This document shows positions 1 to 12,800 of a stretch of DNA of 64,000 nucleotides, in pieces. Below the pieces are notes generated by a model that saw nothing but the letters and a program-made list of their open reading frames with translations, made no database searches and was not told where the DNA came from. Source of the stretch: Lingula anatina (Eukaryota > Animalia > Brachiopoda); NCBI GenBank assembly GCA_051362555.1, contig CM120644.1:17320534-17384533 (forward strand), written 5' to 3'. Numbering within the stretch: position 1 is the stretch's first letter; each line of letters starts with the position of its first letter. A program made the translations under genes and the position numbers.

Positions 1-131
1 TTATCCACAGAAGGCCTTGCACTAAATTGATCTTGGCTGCGAAAAACACTAATTGTTTTAGCAGCATTTGAAGTTTTCAGAAGAAATATATCCTCATTTC
101 TTGTTCTTTCTTATTTTTTGTGTGTGGGAAG

Positions 132-235
132 AATGCAAAGAAAAATCTCAGTCCCAGGAAAAACGTCTTCCAACGGTGGTGTCAAAGGGAGGACCACAAG
201 GCGCATCACCCTCACCGAGTCAATCTTCTGCCAAG
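132..235 (+). CDS. Probable upstream coding exon of the GIMAP-Hint gene (low-complexity linker ECKEKSQSQEKR...SQSSAK)
   Basis: T-rich tract followed by AG at 130-131, donor AAG|GTAAAT at 235/236 in phase 0, matching the phase-0 acceptor at 2310. The gene start is probably upstream of the window. Confidence 0.6.
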
Positions 236-1134
236 GTAAATTCAGAGTATTAAATTTCAGAACTAGCAGAAAGGACAAATTATTTAATATAATAATTTAA
301 ATTATTTAATATAATTTGTCCATGCTTAAAGTCGGTCTAACATAGACACAAAAGGCGCGACGAATCAGAAACCGTTCTAATGACGTAATCAGGTTGCTTA
401 ACATGAGATTTATCATATTTTATGGCAAATTTTCTCTTGGTTCAAAGACAAGTCAAGCTATTTTTTCGTGCAGTAAGAAGTACTTTTTGGCGTTCTCTCC
501 AATTTTTGGTACTTGCGGCTACAACTGTAGCGACAATTTTAGCTTAATTAAAAAGAAAAGCTCGATTTTAACCACATTTTTTCAGTTGTGATGAAGCCTT
601 TCTTTAACGACAGTATATTATACAGAATTTTAATTGTTATAATTTATTCCTTTTAAGATACTGTGCACAAATGTTCAAAGGCACACTGCGTCCTTTTCTG
701 AAAGCTGTTTTTTCATGCCTCCAGAAATCGGAAGGGATGTTCTGTTCTTATATACCGGACAAAAATATGCCACCAAGTGATGACGTAATATATGTTCATT
801 TTTTTTTTTTTTTTGAAAAAAAATTCAGAACAGTTATAGTGCAATAACTCTCTGTGAACTTGCTAGAAGTTAATCTCTAAGTACTGGAATATTTGAGGAC
901 CTAAGTTAAATTCAACAATATCCAAAAATGTTGACATAGTTCTCAATATATAGACTTAGAGCCATTCTTTCATGTTGGACTCAGACACTGTTTCATTTTG
1001 CTTATGACAGTAACGAAATGAAATTTAGAACTTTCTAAACTAATCTTGATTATCGTACTATTCTCAGTGGTTTTGGATAGATTTGTTTTTGTGATAAAGA
1101 AAAAGCTGATAAAATTACAAGGCAAAATACATCA

Positions 1135-1187
<53 letters not shown>

Positions 1188-1211
1188 CCAAGGTCAAATG
1201 AGCATTGTATG

Positions 1212-2230
1212 TGTTGAATCTTCAAAATCTCCAAAATCCCCCAAAGCATGATCAAGTTTAGCTCGGAATGCCACAAATGTCTCACAAATATGTCACTCCA
1301 AAGTATGTCGATGGAACAATATGTTTCAGAAAATTAGGCTTAGGGTCAAGAAATTTCAATATCTAAGCGATTTGGGGTTAACAAAATCCAGGATGGTTAT
1401 ATCCTTAGCAATACTATACTGAAATATTTAATCTTCAAAATCTCCAAAATCCCCCAAAGCACGATCAGGTTTAGCTCGGAACCATGTTGATTTGCCAGTA
1501 ACAAATCCGTGCACCTGATTTAGAGATCTCATTTATTATTCCAATGCTCGTTTTGTAGGAGATCGATCATTCTTATTGAACCAACCGAAAAGCTTTGAGC
1601 TTGTTTTCCCGGTAGAAAACTACAGAGCGCTGTTGTGGTTCACGATTGCTGCAATCGTATCTTATAGAAATACCTTTGATATTAAGATATCTAATGGAAA
1701 TGTGAAACAAGAAGATATGTATAAATACATTATATGAAGTTTTGTTTGCACAGAAACAACATAAATAGATTTGTTTGAAGATATCTAACCCCCAAAAAAG
1801 CGGGTTCATATTTGTCAGTCTGTAATTGAATAATGAAGAGTGAATGTTTTTAAATCACACTGTTGTCTTTTAAGACATTGCTTGAGTGTAAACAGATGCG
1901 TTTTCTAACAAAGGCGAAATAAAGCAATACTCAAGTGGCAATAGGTGTGAAAACAGGTTTTCTTTCATGGGCTAACCAACTTAGGCCTACCTGGAACATT
2001 TTCTTGCAATTTGAGTTCACGTCTTCAAACCAGGTTTAGTTGCCCTAAGATGAGTTTTTTTTTTTAATGCACAGAATGCCAAGTCGTATATTAAAGCCAC
2101 AGATATCTCACTCTAAAATATGTCAACGGAACAAGATGTTTCAGAAGATTAGGCTTGGAGTCAAGGTATTTTAATATCTAAGCGATTTGGGGTTAACGAA
2201 ATCCAGAATGATTATATCATTCGCAATATA
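1212..2230. repeat. Dispersed direct duplications in the GIMAP-Hint intron
   Basis: ~1217-1268 repeated at ~1430-1480 (aatcttcaaaatctccaaaatcccccaaagc..tttagctcggaa); ~1295-1412 repeated at ~2104-2228. Confidence 0.75.
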
Positions 2231-2309
2231 GGCCTATATATCTATTATTTTAAAATCACATTTTGATACCTCATATTTAATTGACTCACATAAACGGTTA
2301 TTTACACAG

Positions 2310-3683
2310 GTACAGAACGAGCTGAAATTGGTTCTGATCGGCAAAACTGGCCACGGCAAGAGCGCTACAGGCTGCACTCTGCTGGATGACCTTGGACTAT
2401 TTAGGGTGTCAGAACTCGGGGAGAGCGAAACATCTGTGTGCATTCGTAAGGTTAGGAAGGTGAATGGTAGGAAAATTTCAGTTACGGACACTCCAGGTCT
2501 GTTTGACACAAGGCGTCCCCAGGAAACCACGTTTCGCGAGCTGTCTCGCTGTCTGCTTCTGGAACCAACTGGCTTTGATGCCATATTGGTTGTGTGGAAG
2601 TACGGAACTCGTTTGACAGAGGAGGAAAGCGACTCTTTGAAGCTTATCAAACTGATCGTTGGCCCCAAAGTTTTTGACTACGTGATCGTGGTGATTTCTC
2701 ATGGGGACGAATTTCAGGATAATAACGATAGGCGGCAGGCCACAGGACAAGCCTTGATGACAGAGGCGGAATATATAGAGAGGCAGCCTATGGCCTTCAT
2801 GACGTTTGTCACTCAGGATATCAAGAACAGGTACGTCTTCCTTGACAACAGCATCCGGTCTCGTTCTCGTGCTGAAAAGCGGGCAGAACTTTTAGATTTG
2901 ATTGATAAACTCGTGGTGACCAACAACGGTGCTAGGTACAGGGATGAGTTTTATAGCGCCGCCTCCGAGGTTCTGGAAGAGATGATTCATCACGGCGATG
3001 TCTCCGAGGGGCTGGAGAAATTGTACGATCAACTGCCCGCGGATCGAAAGAGAGACATCGAATCAAAGCTGTCTGGAAGAGTACGCGCTATCATACAGCG
3101 TCGTGGTGGAAGCAGAAAGGCGTGCTTCCCCGGTAATTCTACAGTTCTAACACCTGCGATGAAACGGAAGCCCATGAGGGATTTAAAGGTGGGGGACTCT
3201 GTACTCGTGACAACACGGACAGGTCAAATGAGATTCGAACCCGTTTTTACGTTTGGTCACGCGTGCTCTGACCACGTGGCGAACTATGTCATGCTGACCA
3301 CAGAAACCGGGGCTCAAATCACCCTAGCGCCTGGTCACTATGTCCACGTGTGTAGCGAACGCGGAACTGTCCACCTTGTATCAGCCCGACGTGTCACTCT
3401 GGGGGCCATGCTGTTAATTTATGTTTCTGACAACACGCCCTGCCTGCGAGCAGATATAATTATTGACATCCAGTGCGTTCAGCGGACCGGTCAGTTCAAC
3501 CCGCACACGCCCAGCGGTACCCTTGTAGTGGACAACGTGCTGGCCTCGTGCTACACAGACACCGTGCCACGGACACTGGTCAAGCTGACACCAGCTTGGA
3601 CATTGTACAGATTGAGCCCAAGTCTTCTGAAAGTGCTTTATAAGAGAAAACAGCGTAAAGCTCTAACGTGGTCTGAGAATTAG
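2310..3683 (+). CDS. AIG1/GIMAP-family GTPase fused to C-terminal Hedgehog-type Hint (Hog) domain; large terminal coding exon
   Basis: Acceptor tttacacAG|GTA at 2309/2310, in frame with the 2328-3683 ORF. GIMAP motifs: G1 GKTGHGKS, G2 SETSVC, G3 DTPG, conserved box PTGFDAILVV, G4 SHGD, G5 LDN. Hint motifs: A|CFPGNSTV (Cys at 3123), MRDLKVGDSV, ITLAPGHYV, FNPHTPSGTLVVDNVLASCY (ends 3554), then an amphipathic SRR-like/polybasic tail. Confidence 0.93.
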   Translation, partial: VQNELKLVLIGKTGHGKSATGCTLLDDLGLFRVSELGESETSVCIRKVRKVNGRKISVTDTPGLFDTRRPQETTFRELSRCLLLEPTGFDAILVVWKYGTRLTEEESDSLKLIKLIVGPKVFDYVIVVISHGDEFQDNNDRRQATGQALMTEAEYIERQPMAFMTFVTQDIKNRYVFLDNSIRSRSRAEKRAELLDLIDKLVVTNNGARYRDEFYSAASEVLEEMIHHGDVSEGLEKLYDQLPADRKRDIESKLSGRVRAIIQRRGGSRKACFPGNSTVLTPAMKRKPMRDLKVGDSVLVTTRTGQMRFEPVFTFGHACSDHVANYVMLTTETGAQITLAPGHYVHVCSERGTVHLVSARRVTLGAMLLIYVSDNTPCLRADIIIDIQCVQRTGQFNPHTPSGTLVVDNVLASCYTDTVPRTLVKLTPAWTLYRLSPSLLKVLYKRKQRKALTWSEN

Positions 3684-6600
3684 TTATAACAGAAATGTAA
3701 CCGTTTTTTTTTTTGTGTGACGTGTGTGTGTGCTTCCCGAAGAACCTGAGTTTTAACAGAGCTTTAATATAATGGGCATAGAATGAGTCCATAGCATGTC
3801 ATGTAGTCCCGTATCTTCTACTAATTAGGTCTGTGCAAAAGTGCTGCAATACGTTATTTATAATGCACTGAGACCTGTAACCAGCAATTTCTAAGATGGA
3901 ATTTTTTCCTGAAAAATTGGTCTTTTTTACACTCTTTGTTGAGCCAGCTTTAAAAATGACATTGAAGCTAGATCAAATTTTGATTCAGCGCGGACAAATT
4001 TCTGTCAAAAAGGCGATTCTTTCGAACATGGCATCATTATAATACGTTTTGTGAAGACATTTCCCCATTAAATGCGGGCCAAGAAGACCGAGAACTCATT
4101 CTCAGCAGTATGAGATTTGATTCTAACACTGGAGCTTTAGCGGAACAAGGTTAATCAAGTTTTATCGACTTTAGACGCTGGAAGTTGATTATAAGATACC
4201 CGGAGGACGGTTGTACATGTGGCCTGACTGTATTGCGAGAAGTTATCACACCGACCCTGCTCCCAGCACGTTTAAGTTAGATCAGATATTGTCTGATTGA
4301 CGTAATCTGCCGAGCAAAATTGGTGTCTTCATCCGATTCAAAATGGCCATCATGTTATCTGAACGTCTGATGACGTCATACATACTTGTTCCGTTCTAAG
4401 ATTGTCTGGTTGTGTGTACGGACGCAGAAAAGTGGCTGTGGAAAATCACTTCTCCTGAATTCTTGTAGTGCCAGTGGATAATAGATTGAAAAAGCATTGA
4501 GCATTTTTCAAGATAATTACAATCGATACAGAGAGATACTTTTTTCTCGTCAATTACACTTCTTAGATATGACGTCGACTCAAGAGCTCTAAATTAAATG
4601 AGGATACTACTATTATCTTTACTGATTTCTTAAAATTTCAATATATTCATGTTTCACATATTTCAAAAGGTCTGTCTTGGATTTCTGTTGCCGACAATCA
4701 GATACAGCTGTATCTGAAAAAAAATCGAATTTATTCCAAAAGATTAGCCACCTTAAATATGAGCTAGGGCGTGTTTGGAACTTAATTTCCTAACAAACAC
4801 CATTATGTAGTCCCCAATTCAAAAAGTCGCCATTAGAAGTTTGAAAGTCTATGGACGGATTTGCCCCAGCTACACTGTGATATACTCAGCATAGAACCCC
4901 ATCCCCACCCCTTTTTGTTCCATTTTCTGTCTGTGGGTGTCTGAGGTCTAGAAAGGGAAATATCTCACTGTACAGGGTGAGCAACTTTATCACGGAATCT
5001 GTAAAAGACACAGTTGTTAATTGTTGTCAGATAATGCTAAATGCAACGGGTTTTGTTAGAAGCTCCATACTTCTTCGTGCCTTATCGCAACTGACTTTAT
5101 TTTATAATTCAAAACGTCAAGCAAACGAGCTTTCGATGTACAAGAGTAAATATATAACACTGTCTATCCCGAAATTTATCATCGTCTTTATCATTTCAAT
5201 CTTTTCATAGTAAAAGACCTTTGAATACTTCAAACAAGTAGTGAGAAAATTGTTTTGCTATCTGCTATGACTTTACGGCACAATTACTTTCAATATGCGG
5301 AAAACACTACAATAAACGAACTCTTTGATCAACCCATGCACTAGTTCGAACATGATTCAAGTAGTCTGGAAGTCGTCGATCAATAAGCGTATAATGAAAG
5401 GAAAACAGATATATATCTCTTTGCCAGAAAACCCAAGTGCAGAATACGGCAACACGATAAAACGAGTTCACAGCAAGATCAACTTAAAGCGGGAGTATGT
5501 TAAATGACGTCATCACTCCAGGAGATTGGTTAACGTGGGATTTTAGAGTGGCAGAAGCGATGTGGTTCCCAACATAATTTAGTCATTCATATACGTCATT
5601 TTTGTCTTTTCCGTTTTAAGTTAGATCTGCTGGGAACACAACTCTAGTCTACAGTATCATCTAGTTTCTTGATATGCTGCGGAATGAAAAATATTGACAA
5701 CGTCTCGGGGGTCTAACTCTAAATCATTTAGAATGGGCAGCTTTATACTTCAATTTAGATTGCCAGCTCCCAGGCAAGTAGTCTGATTTTCTGCCTTAAT
5801 GCATCGAGATGCTGCTCAGAGGAAACTGATCTTATAAACTTATCCACAGGGGTTACAATATAATGTCTTTATTTGCTTATCTGGGCGAACAGACCAATTT
5901 ATAGAATATCATCTCGGATTTAAGAGCTCTGAAAATGTTGCCAAGGTAGTACGGACCGATATATGATTCTGTTATTGGCATCTGTTGTACCAACGGGATT
6001 ACTTTAAATATAAAACATGCAACTCTTTCTGTGGAACAACGACTCACTTGCTAGCACTTCTAAAATGTTTTTAAATCACTAAGTACCACAAGAATCTTTT
6101 ATGTTTCCACGTACTTTGATTTCTTTGAATAGATAGTAAACTGGAATCGCTTATTGTTTGAAAATTCAAAGAAACTTTTTTAATTTGTAATTTTTAACAC
6201 ATTATGAAGGATACAGCGTTACAACAGGACTGTAGTAAGAAGACCATTCTAAAAACTCTAATATTTATTCAAACACTCAAAAAATATTGCCTTGTCTATT
6301 TTGAATATAATTTTTGTATGTTCATTTTTAAAACCATCACATATTAACAAAAAAAGCTGAAAAAATGTTCATATAAAATATACATCGCGTATGAAGTCAA
6401 ATAGAAATCAGAAATCTTACAATAGTTATTCCTGTGAACACAAGAAACAATTTGGTGAGCTGCCACAATTTTTTGTTCAAATTTGACTTTATCACGTCCC
6501 AGGAACATGATTATACACGTTACCTATAGTTGTATGGCTTTGGCGCAATCTCAAACATTACACGCAACAAAATTTCGCCTTAACATTTTCAATAAGTTAT

Positions 6601-6812
6601 TCTGACCTTAATGTGGTTATAACAATATACGTGCGACTTTACCCTGCATTATCGGCTAGCATTTCTATAATTCTTCAACCCCTCTTAAAAATCTACCAAA
6701 ATATGTATGCTGCATGTTACAAACCGTGTAAAAACAACCTATGTTCATTTTACCATCTTTTTACAGTATTCTTTTGTATTTTATGGAGACAAAAATCACA
6801 CGGGTTTCATTA

Positions 6813-9800
6813 TTAAAACAAAACACACTTCTTTTCTGGGTTCATGGCGGACTTAGCAGGACAGTTGAAGGCCTGAGCAAACTCTGGTACATGCGCCAGA
6901 TAACTGTTCACCCTGCAATGAAATGGTAAGAATCGGTAAGATTCGGGAATGTTCTCAATATTGCTTCTAAGGCAAAATTGTTAAGGCAAAATTGTTACAT
7001 ACATATAAAATACATCCTAACTTATGTCCCAAATAACTCAAAACCACGGATATTGATGATAGGAAAACACTAAACTTAAGTGTTTGGCGCACCTTAGTGA
7101 ATTCTGAACCTTAAATCTAACATACGTCATGGCCCGATGTTTGCCGAATGGCAAGAACAAGGGAAAGATTTTTGCGCATGCTTCACGCAGATTCTGAGGA
7201 AATGATTTTCCAGGCAAAAAGTTATACATTAACAAAAAGGAGTTAAAGTCAGTTTGTTCACTTGAGTAGTTCAACTTAAATTACTGGTAAGAGGGGGTAT
7301 ATAGAACTTTTAAGAGGGAACTCACTTGAAACAGAAGTACAAAAAAGGAATCTGTCACATATTAGAATTTTTTGTTCCCTAACAAACTAAGAGACAATAC
7401 AAATGCACTTGCGCAAATGTTTTATCCCTGTGGTGTGAGTTAACCGTTCGATTACAGCTGTTTTAATGATTGTGGTATTACCTAAAGTCCTCCGGATAAA
7501 ACCCATTTATCGCATTGGCATATCCAGCGGTAGGCCTTCTGTTGAAACACTGCAGCTAAAATTGTGAAAAAATAACACTTGAAAATACATCCTAAGCCTA
7601 CTTTGCATGAACGTACTGTTTATCACAATTCTTAACCCAAACACATAAAAACAACGGGAACTGAAATTTAGAAATTGGCAGAATATCACCAAAAGCAAAA
7701 TGGGCAATCCAAAAACAAATTGGTCTTTTAAAATATTACGTATTTTCTTACGTTTAAGGTAATTTTTACAACGATCGATATACTTTGGCGATACTGTCAG
7801 TGCCGATTACAAAATAAATACGCTACAAGTTTTACTCCCTGCAAAAAGTTCTCTACAAGGGCACTTCCTGTTGTATAAATGAAATTAAAAAACGGCCATG
7901 TCCAGCGCGTCTATTGAGTGTACCGATACAGTCTGTTTCCGGTCTGTGTGAAAATAGCCTGGGTATATATAATGCACTTTCAATACACAAAGAAACAAAT
8001 ACCAACAAAATAAAAACATAACAAACTTGGGCCCCATTCTCATAAGCACCATCGGTCTACGCAGATCGATCCAACTCTGCAGGGACTGTCGCTGATTGCA
8101 ATCAGCTTCACTGTATAATACGCCTTCTCCTAGTTTAAGTAGAATACTGAAAAGCCGGTGATTATGTGAATACGTTGAAAACAAGAAGAGGTATGTCATG
8201 CAAGTAAGCTGATTTCAGTCAGAATTGGATTGGTCTTCGTACACCAATAGTGTCTATGGGAATGAGGTCTTAGACTGCATTCCCACTGATTTAGATCGAT
8301 CCACCTGGATCGAGCTAACTCCCTGGGGGTTCACGCTGAATTACGTGTGGGATAATACACTGTCACCCGAGCGATATATGCCATAACACCTCGAGCGTGA
8401 GCGAGAGGTGTTCATGGCATATATCGCGAGAGGGTGACAGTGTATTATTTGACATAGGCCCCTACATACCGAGAAAAAATACAGTCATTTCATCCTAAAA
8501 CACCCCTAAAACCGAATAAAGTGACCCTATATCACGCTCTAGAGATGTTTTACGGAATAAACTCGTCCACGTGCGCTGGTCACCTCCCGCCAAATTCTTA
8601 CATAATGTCTGACCAATTTAGTCAATTTTTTGCCAAATACTTGTCGTGGACGTTCAACTGGCTTGAGAAGTATATAATCATCCGTCGACACTGACCATGC
8701 ACGTCTCAGCTGAGCCACACCTAGCTGGGACCGTTGCGGAAACAAGGCCCCGAGGCAAAACCTCTACTTTTTAGTGACATCTCTGATAAAAAAAGAGCGT
8801 CGGACCGGAATATAGTCAAACTAAATTTTCACAAGTGCAAAGGAGAAAGAAATTTACTTTTTGGTGAAATTTCTGACAACGAGGCAGTTTCGGAATATAT
8901 TCAAAATCGACGGATGTTTATTACAAGTTCACGGGAGTAATAATTCTAGTTTTTTATTGTCATTTCTGACGACGAGGCGGTTACGGAATATAGTCAAAAT
9001 CAAACGGATGTGTTAATTTCAAGTCCACAGGAGTAATAATTCTACGTTTTGGAATATACATGTGCTGGTTTTCAGGGCATTCATGTGCTACATGTAATTA
9101 CAAGATCAAAGGGGGAATTCAATTGATTTTTACCGATATAAAGAGGAAGAATGAACAGCTTAAAAACAAAAGGTAAATAACACAACCCTCGTTTAAGAGT
9201 TACAGATTTACAAATAATTAGTATGCACGTATGGCTTAAATGTAAACTAATTCCCCTTTTCAAACCATACCCATATGATATGACTTAATGTAATAAAATG
9301 ATAAATAATAATTGTTAAACGTGAAAAGTTTATGCTAATTTTTTAAGAGCGTGAGAGATTTTAGATTTGTCTACTGGTAGTTATATAACGCAAGCAACGT
9401 CACTATTCTCTTGATGCCAAGAAGGTCACATGATCACTCTGTCTTTGGCTTTCAGCATTTAAGAGACCTCGACTGATTTAACCAAGATGTAGTCGTGTAA
9501 TAAAGGGAACCGGAGAAGACTGATTGTGCCCGGAAGTGACGTGTAGTGGTGTTAGAAGCGAATCTGAGTGGTCATTTTAACCTGGAGGTGAACGGGAGAG
9601 AAGACGTGTAGTCGGAGGAAAAAGAAGTTTTCTAAACAACATGGTAAGATAACTCTCTTTTTTTACGCATTTTGGGCAGAGAATACTTATAGAAATAATA
9701 AATGCATGATATGAAAACGTGACACGGAACTTGAAGGTGAAAAATCGTGCTTAATTTGCGGTCAACTTGTTTTGAAATACATGCTGCATCGACCGCCAAC

Positions 9801-12800
9801 GCGACAAAGAGCGTAAAGGGAAAATAATTCCCGGGAGTCTATAAATCGCTGTCATGTGGAAATTTGGCATTAACATAATCTGATATGTCCATATCTAATT
9901 ATTTTTTTGTGTTTTATGGTATGGGCTGCAATTATAACGATGTTATAGAGATCTTGAAGGACCTTGTGAAAACCTAGACTACATCGAGGTTAAATCCGAG
10001 TTTTCCGAGAGACGCTATGCAGAAATGTCGAGTGAAGCGAGACATTTTTGGGTAGCGGCTCGAGGTTGCCCTCGATCTTCTCTGAAGCTTGGCTCTAATG
10101 GACAGGCTTCAGTGATCATCATATCGCCACGGTCATACAACATCTCTAGGTATGTATGGAAGTTAATTACCCCCTGACAGGTTTTAGTAGGCGGGACAGA
10201 CATTTAAGCCGGCTAAGCTGACAGTAATCTAGTGAGACTCCCCACGGGGATAGATCGATCTAAAGTCTGTGGGAATGCAGTCTTATATTGCATCTACCTG
10301 AGCAAAGGCGATAAAAAAGGCTTGGTCATTGCTTCTGCCGAGACCAGGCACTTGCTTCTCTGCGGTGTTATCTCCAACCCAATTCTTGTACGCCTAAACA
10401 CAACACTGATATACATTAAACAACGAAATAAATAAATCACTTATTTGACCAACGAATAAATAATCTACATCAATGGAAAATGGAAAAATAGATAGCCCAT
10501 ATTACAAAATGTCCATCATTACATCATTTCTTAAACATAGATGAGTCTCAGGTAAGCTAATAAATTGCTGTGAAAATAGTTCCATTGGATCTCAGTTTTG
10601 ATAGTCAGAAAGTTTTCATTTATGAGGATCAGATATGTGGGTCTATCATAAATGAAAACTTTCTGACTAAGTAATAGATTGCTGGAACACTGGCTAACAC
10701 CAGGCCCGTAGCCCGGGGGGGGGGGGGGGGGTCGGGGGGTTCAAAAGAAACCTCCCCCCCCCTTTTTTGCTGGAAAAAGGTCCACTCTGGGTAAAATTTG
10801 ACCTAGATACATGGGGATTATATGGTTAAAGGTCCACTTTTTCAGAAAAAGACCCCCCTTTGAAATTGCTGGCTACGGGCCTGCTAACACTTACGTAGTA
10901 TGCCGTTCTCACGCCGCCACTAGACGCCATGCTCCGTACAGCCAAGGTTTCTCCGTTCACGGGGACTGATTTCTGAAGTATTTTAAAAAGATTTTATGAA
11001 AATATATGTATATCTGATAAATACAAGTAATTCAAAACGTAAATAGGTTAATATAAAGCGCTGATGAAGATGAGAAAGCTAAATAGTGTAAAGTCTTTAC
11101 ATTCAGCAGAACGGTCCATTGAATTGCTTTTGAATATGGAGTAAAAATAACGGTCTATTTAAAATCAGTTTTTCAGTTAGTTTCCTCACCACGCTGTTAT
11201 CTTCTGGCAAAATAAAGCTGACAGTTTTCCCCGTGTAGTAGTCGATAATACACTGTTTTTTCTGCAAGTAGTTCCCATAAGTCGCATTGCTCCACCACTC
11301 CTGTAGGCTGCCGTCTTTCCCGGTGGATAGGCCTGAAAATAATGTGGTTCAATAGTTTTGATGATTGACTTAAGTGAAAAAATGTGTAGCCGATGACTTC
11401 AGTAAAAGCACAAGCAAAACAAAGGCGTCGAGGAGTACAATAGCAACTTAAAAGCATGCAGTGAGCGTAAGACCCAGCAGTTATGGTAAATTGATGTCCC
11501 TGAAAATTGGAACGATTTTATTGAAAACGCCAGCGTATTTTGAGAAAAAAACTACGATCTTTCAACCTACTTTCGAGTTTTAAGTTTCAAATTCTTAGTA
11601 CCTCTCGTATAGTAATAGAGATGGAAACTGGTAAATTACTGGATCATTCTAAAAAAATTAAACGAAAAAAAATTTTCTCATTATGCCTATAAGTGATATC
11701 TCGAAAAAAATCCACAAATCCTTTTTTTTTTTTGCTTCTTTTTAGTAAAAAAACATATTCATATCTAAGGTCTTTCAGCGGTCTCACTTTAAAAAGAAGT
11801 CAACATGGCAGTAACTACAGAAGGCCTATTACCATACTCGTCAATGGCATGTAGCAGGTTGTGTGCGATAAGAGACCCCAAGCCGCCATATTTGCTGTGC
11901 ATAGGCATTGGGTACGTATACACAGGGAACTGGAACATTCCCGCGGGGACAATGATCTCATTCCACGGGTTGAAAAACCTCACTACAGCCTGGTAAAGGG
12001 TTATGTCGTCGCTCTCCGTCTTTTGTCGGCCTTGGGTCAGGTACTTGGTCCAGGTAGCTTTCTCGAAGGCGTTCACGCTCAGAATGTTGCCGATGAAGTC
12101 GGACACGTTCACTTTCAGCTGGAAAGAAGAAAAACCGGGAAGTATGAAATCAACGTGACAAGACAATGCCGACACAGATTCGTATAAAAAAACATTCAGA
12201 AATAATGGAACTTTTGGGGAATGTTAAAATCTGAGTGTTTCTAGTCTCTAAGCATTTTGGACTTAAGCGTCAAATACAAGTTATACAACATTGGTCAAAA
12301 AGGTTGTCCCACTCCCAATTCCATGTACATGTGGTGGGACAACCTTTTTGACCAATGTTGTATAAGCTTTAATCTGTCACATTTTATTGTGTCCCTGTCG
12401 CATTAAAAAGTTTAACATCAAATAGGCAGCACATTTGCAGTCCCTCTAGACACGGCAGGCGACAACCCTACACAGAGTCATTCCTCTGTTCAAGAATATA
12501 CGCTTGCAAATCTGGAGGCACACAAGCTTCAAAATGAGAACACATCAATACACCCTTCAAAATTTGTTGGAAACCATCATCCACTACATTTTAATCCCTT
12601 ACCTCTAAAACATCCTTTGCCGCGCGGATATCATTGGTGTCTTTTCAATCAAATTATCGAAAATATATGTCACATGTACTTACCGCGTCGTACTTACGGT
12701 CCATGAAAAAGTGGTCCACCGCGCTCGGGTCGTAGGCTATTTTATCTACAATGGCAGCCATCTAAAGACAAACACAAGAGTACATCTGTAACAAATTTAA

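Noticed and set aside
2234-2750. Minus-strand ORFs of 144 aa and 90 aa
   Set aside because: Antisense shadows of the GIMAP exon with no recognisable motifs.
3123-3554. Self-splicing intein, or a true hedgehog gene
   Set aside because: No C-terminal His-Asn followed by Cys/Ser/Thr extein junction and no homing endonuclease; ends in Hog-type ASCY plus tail. No Hedge signalling domain upstream.
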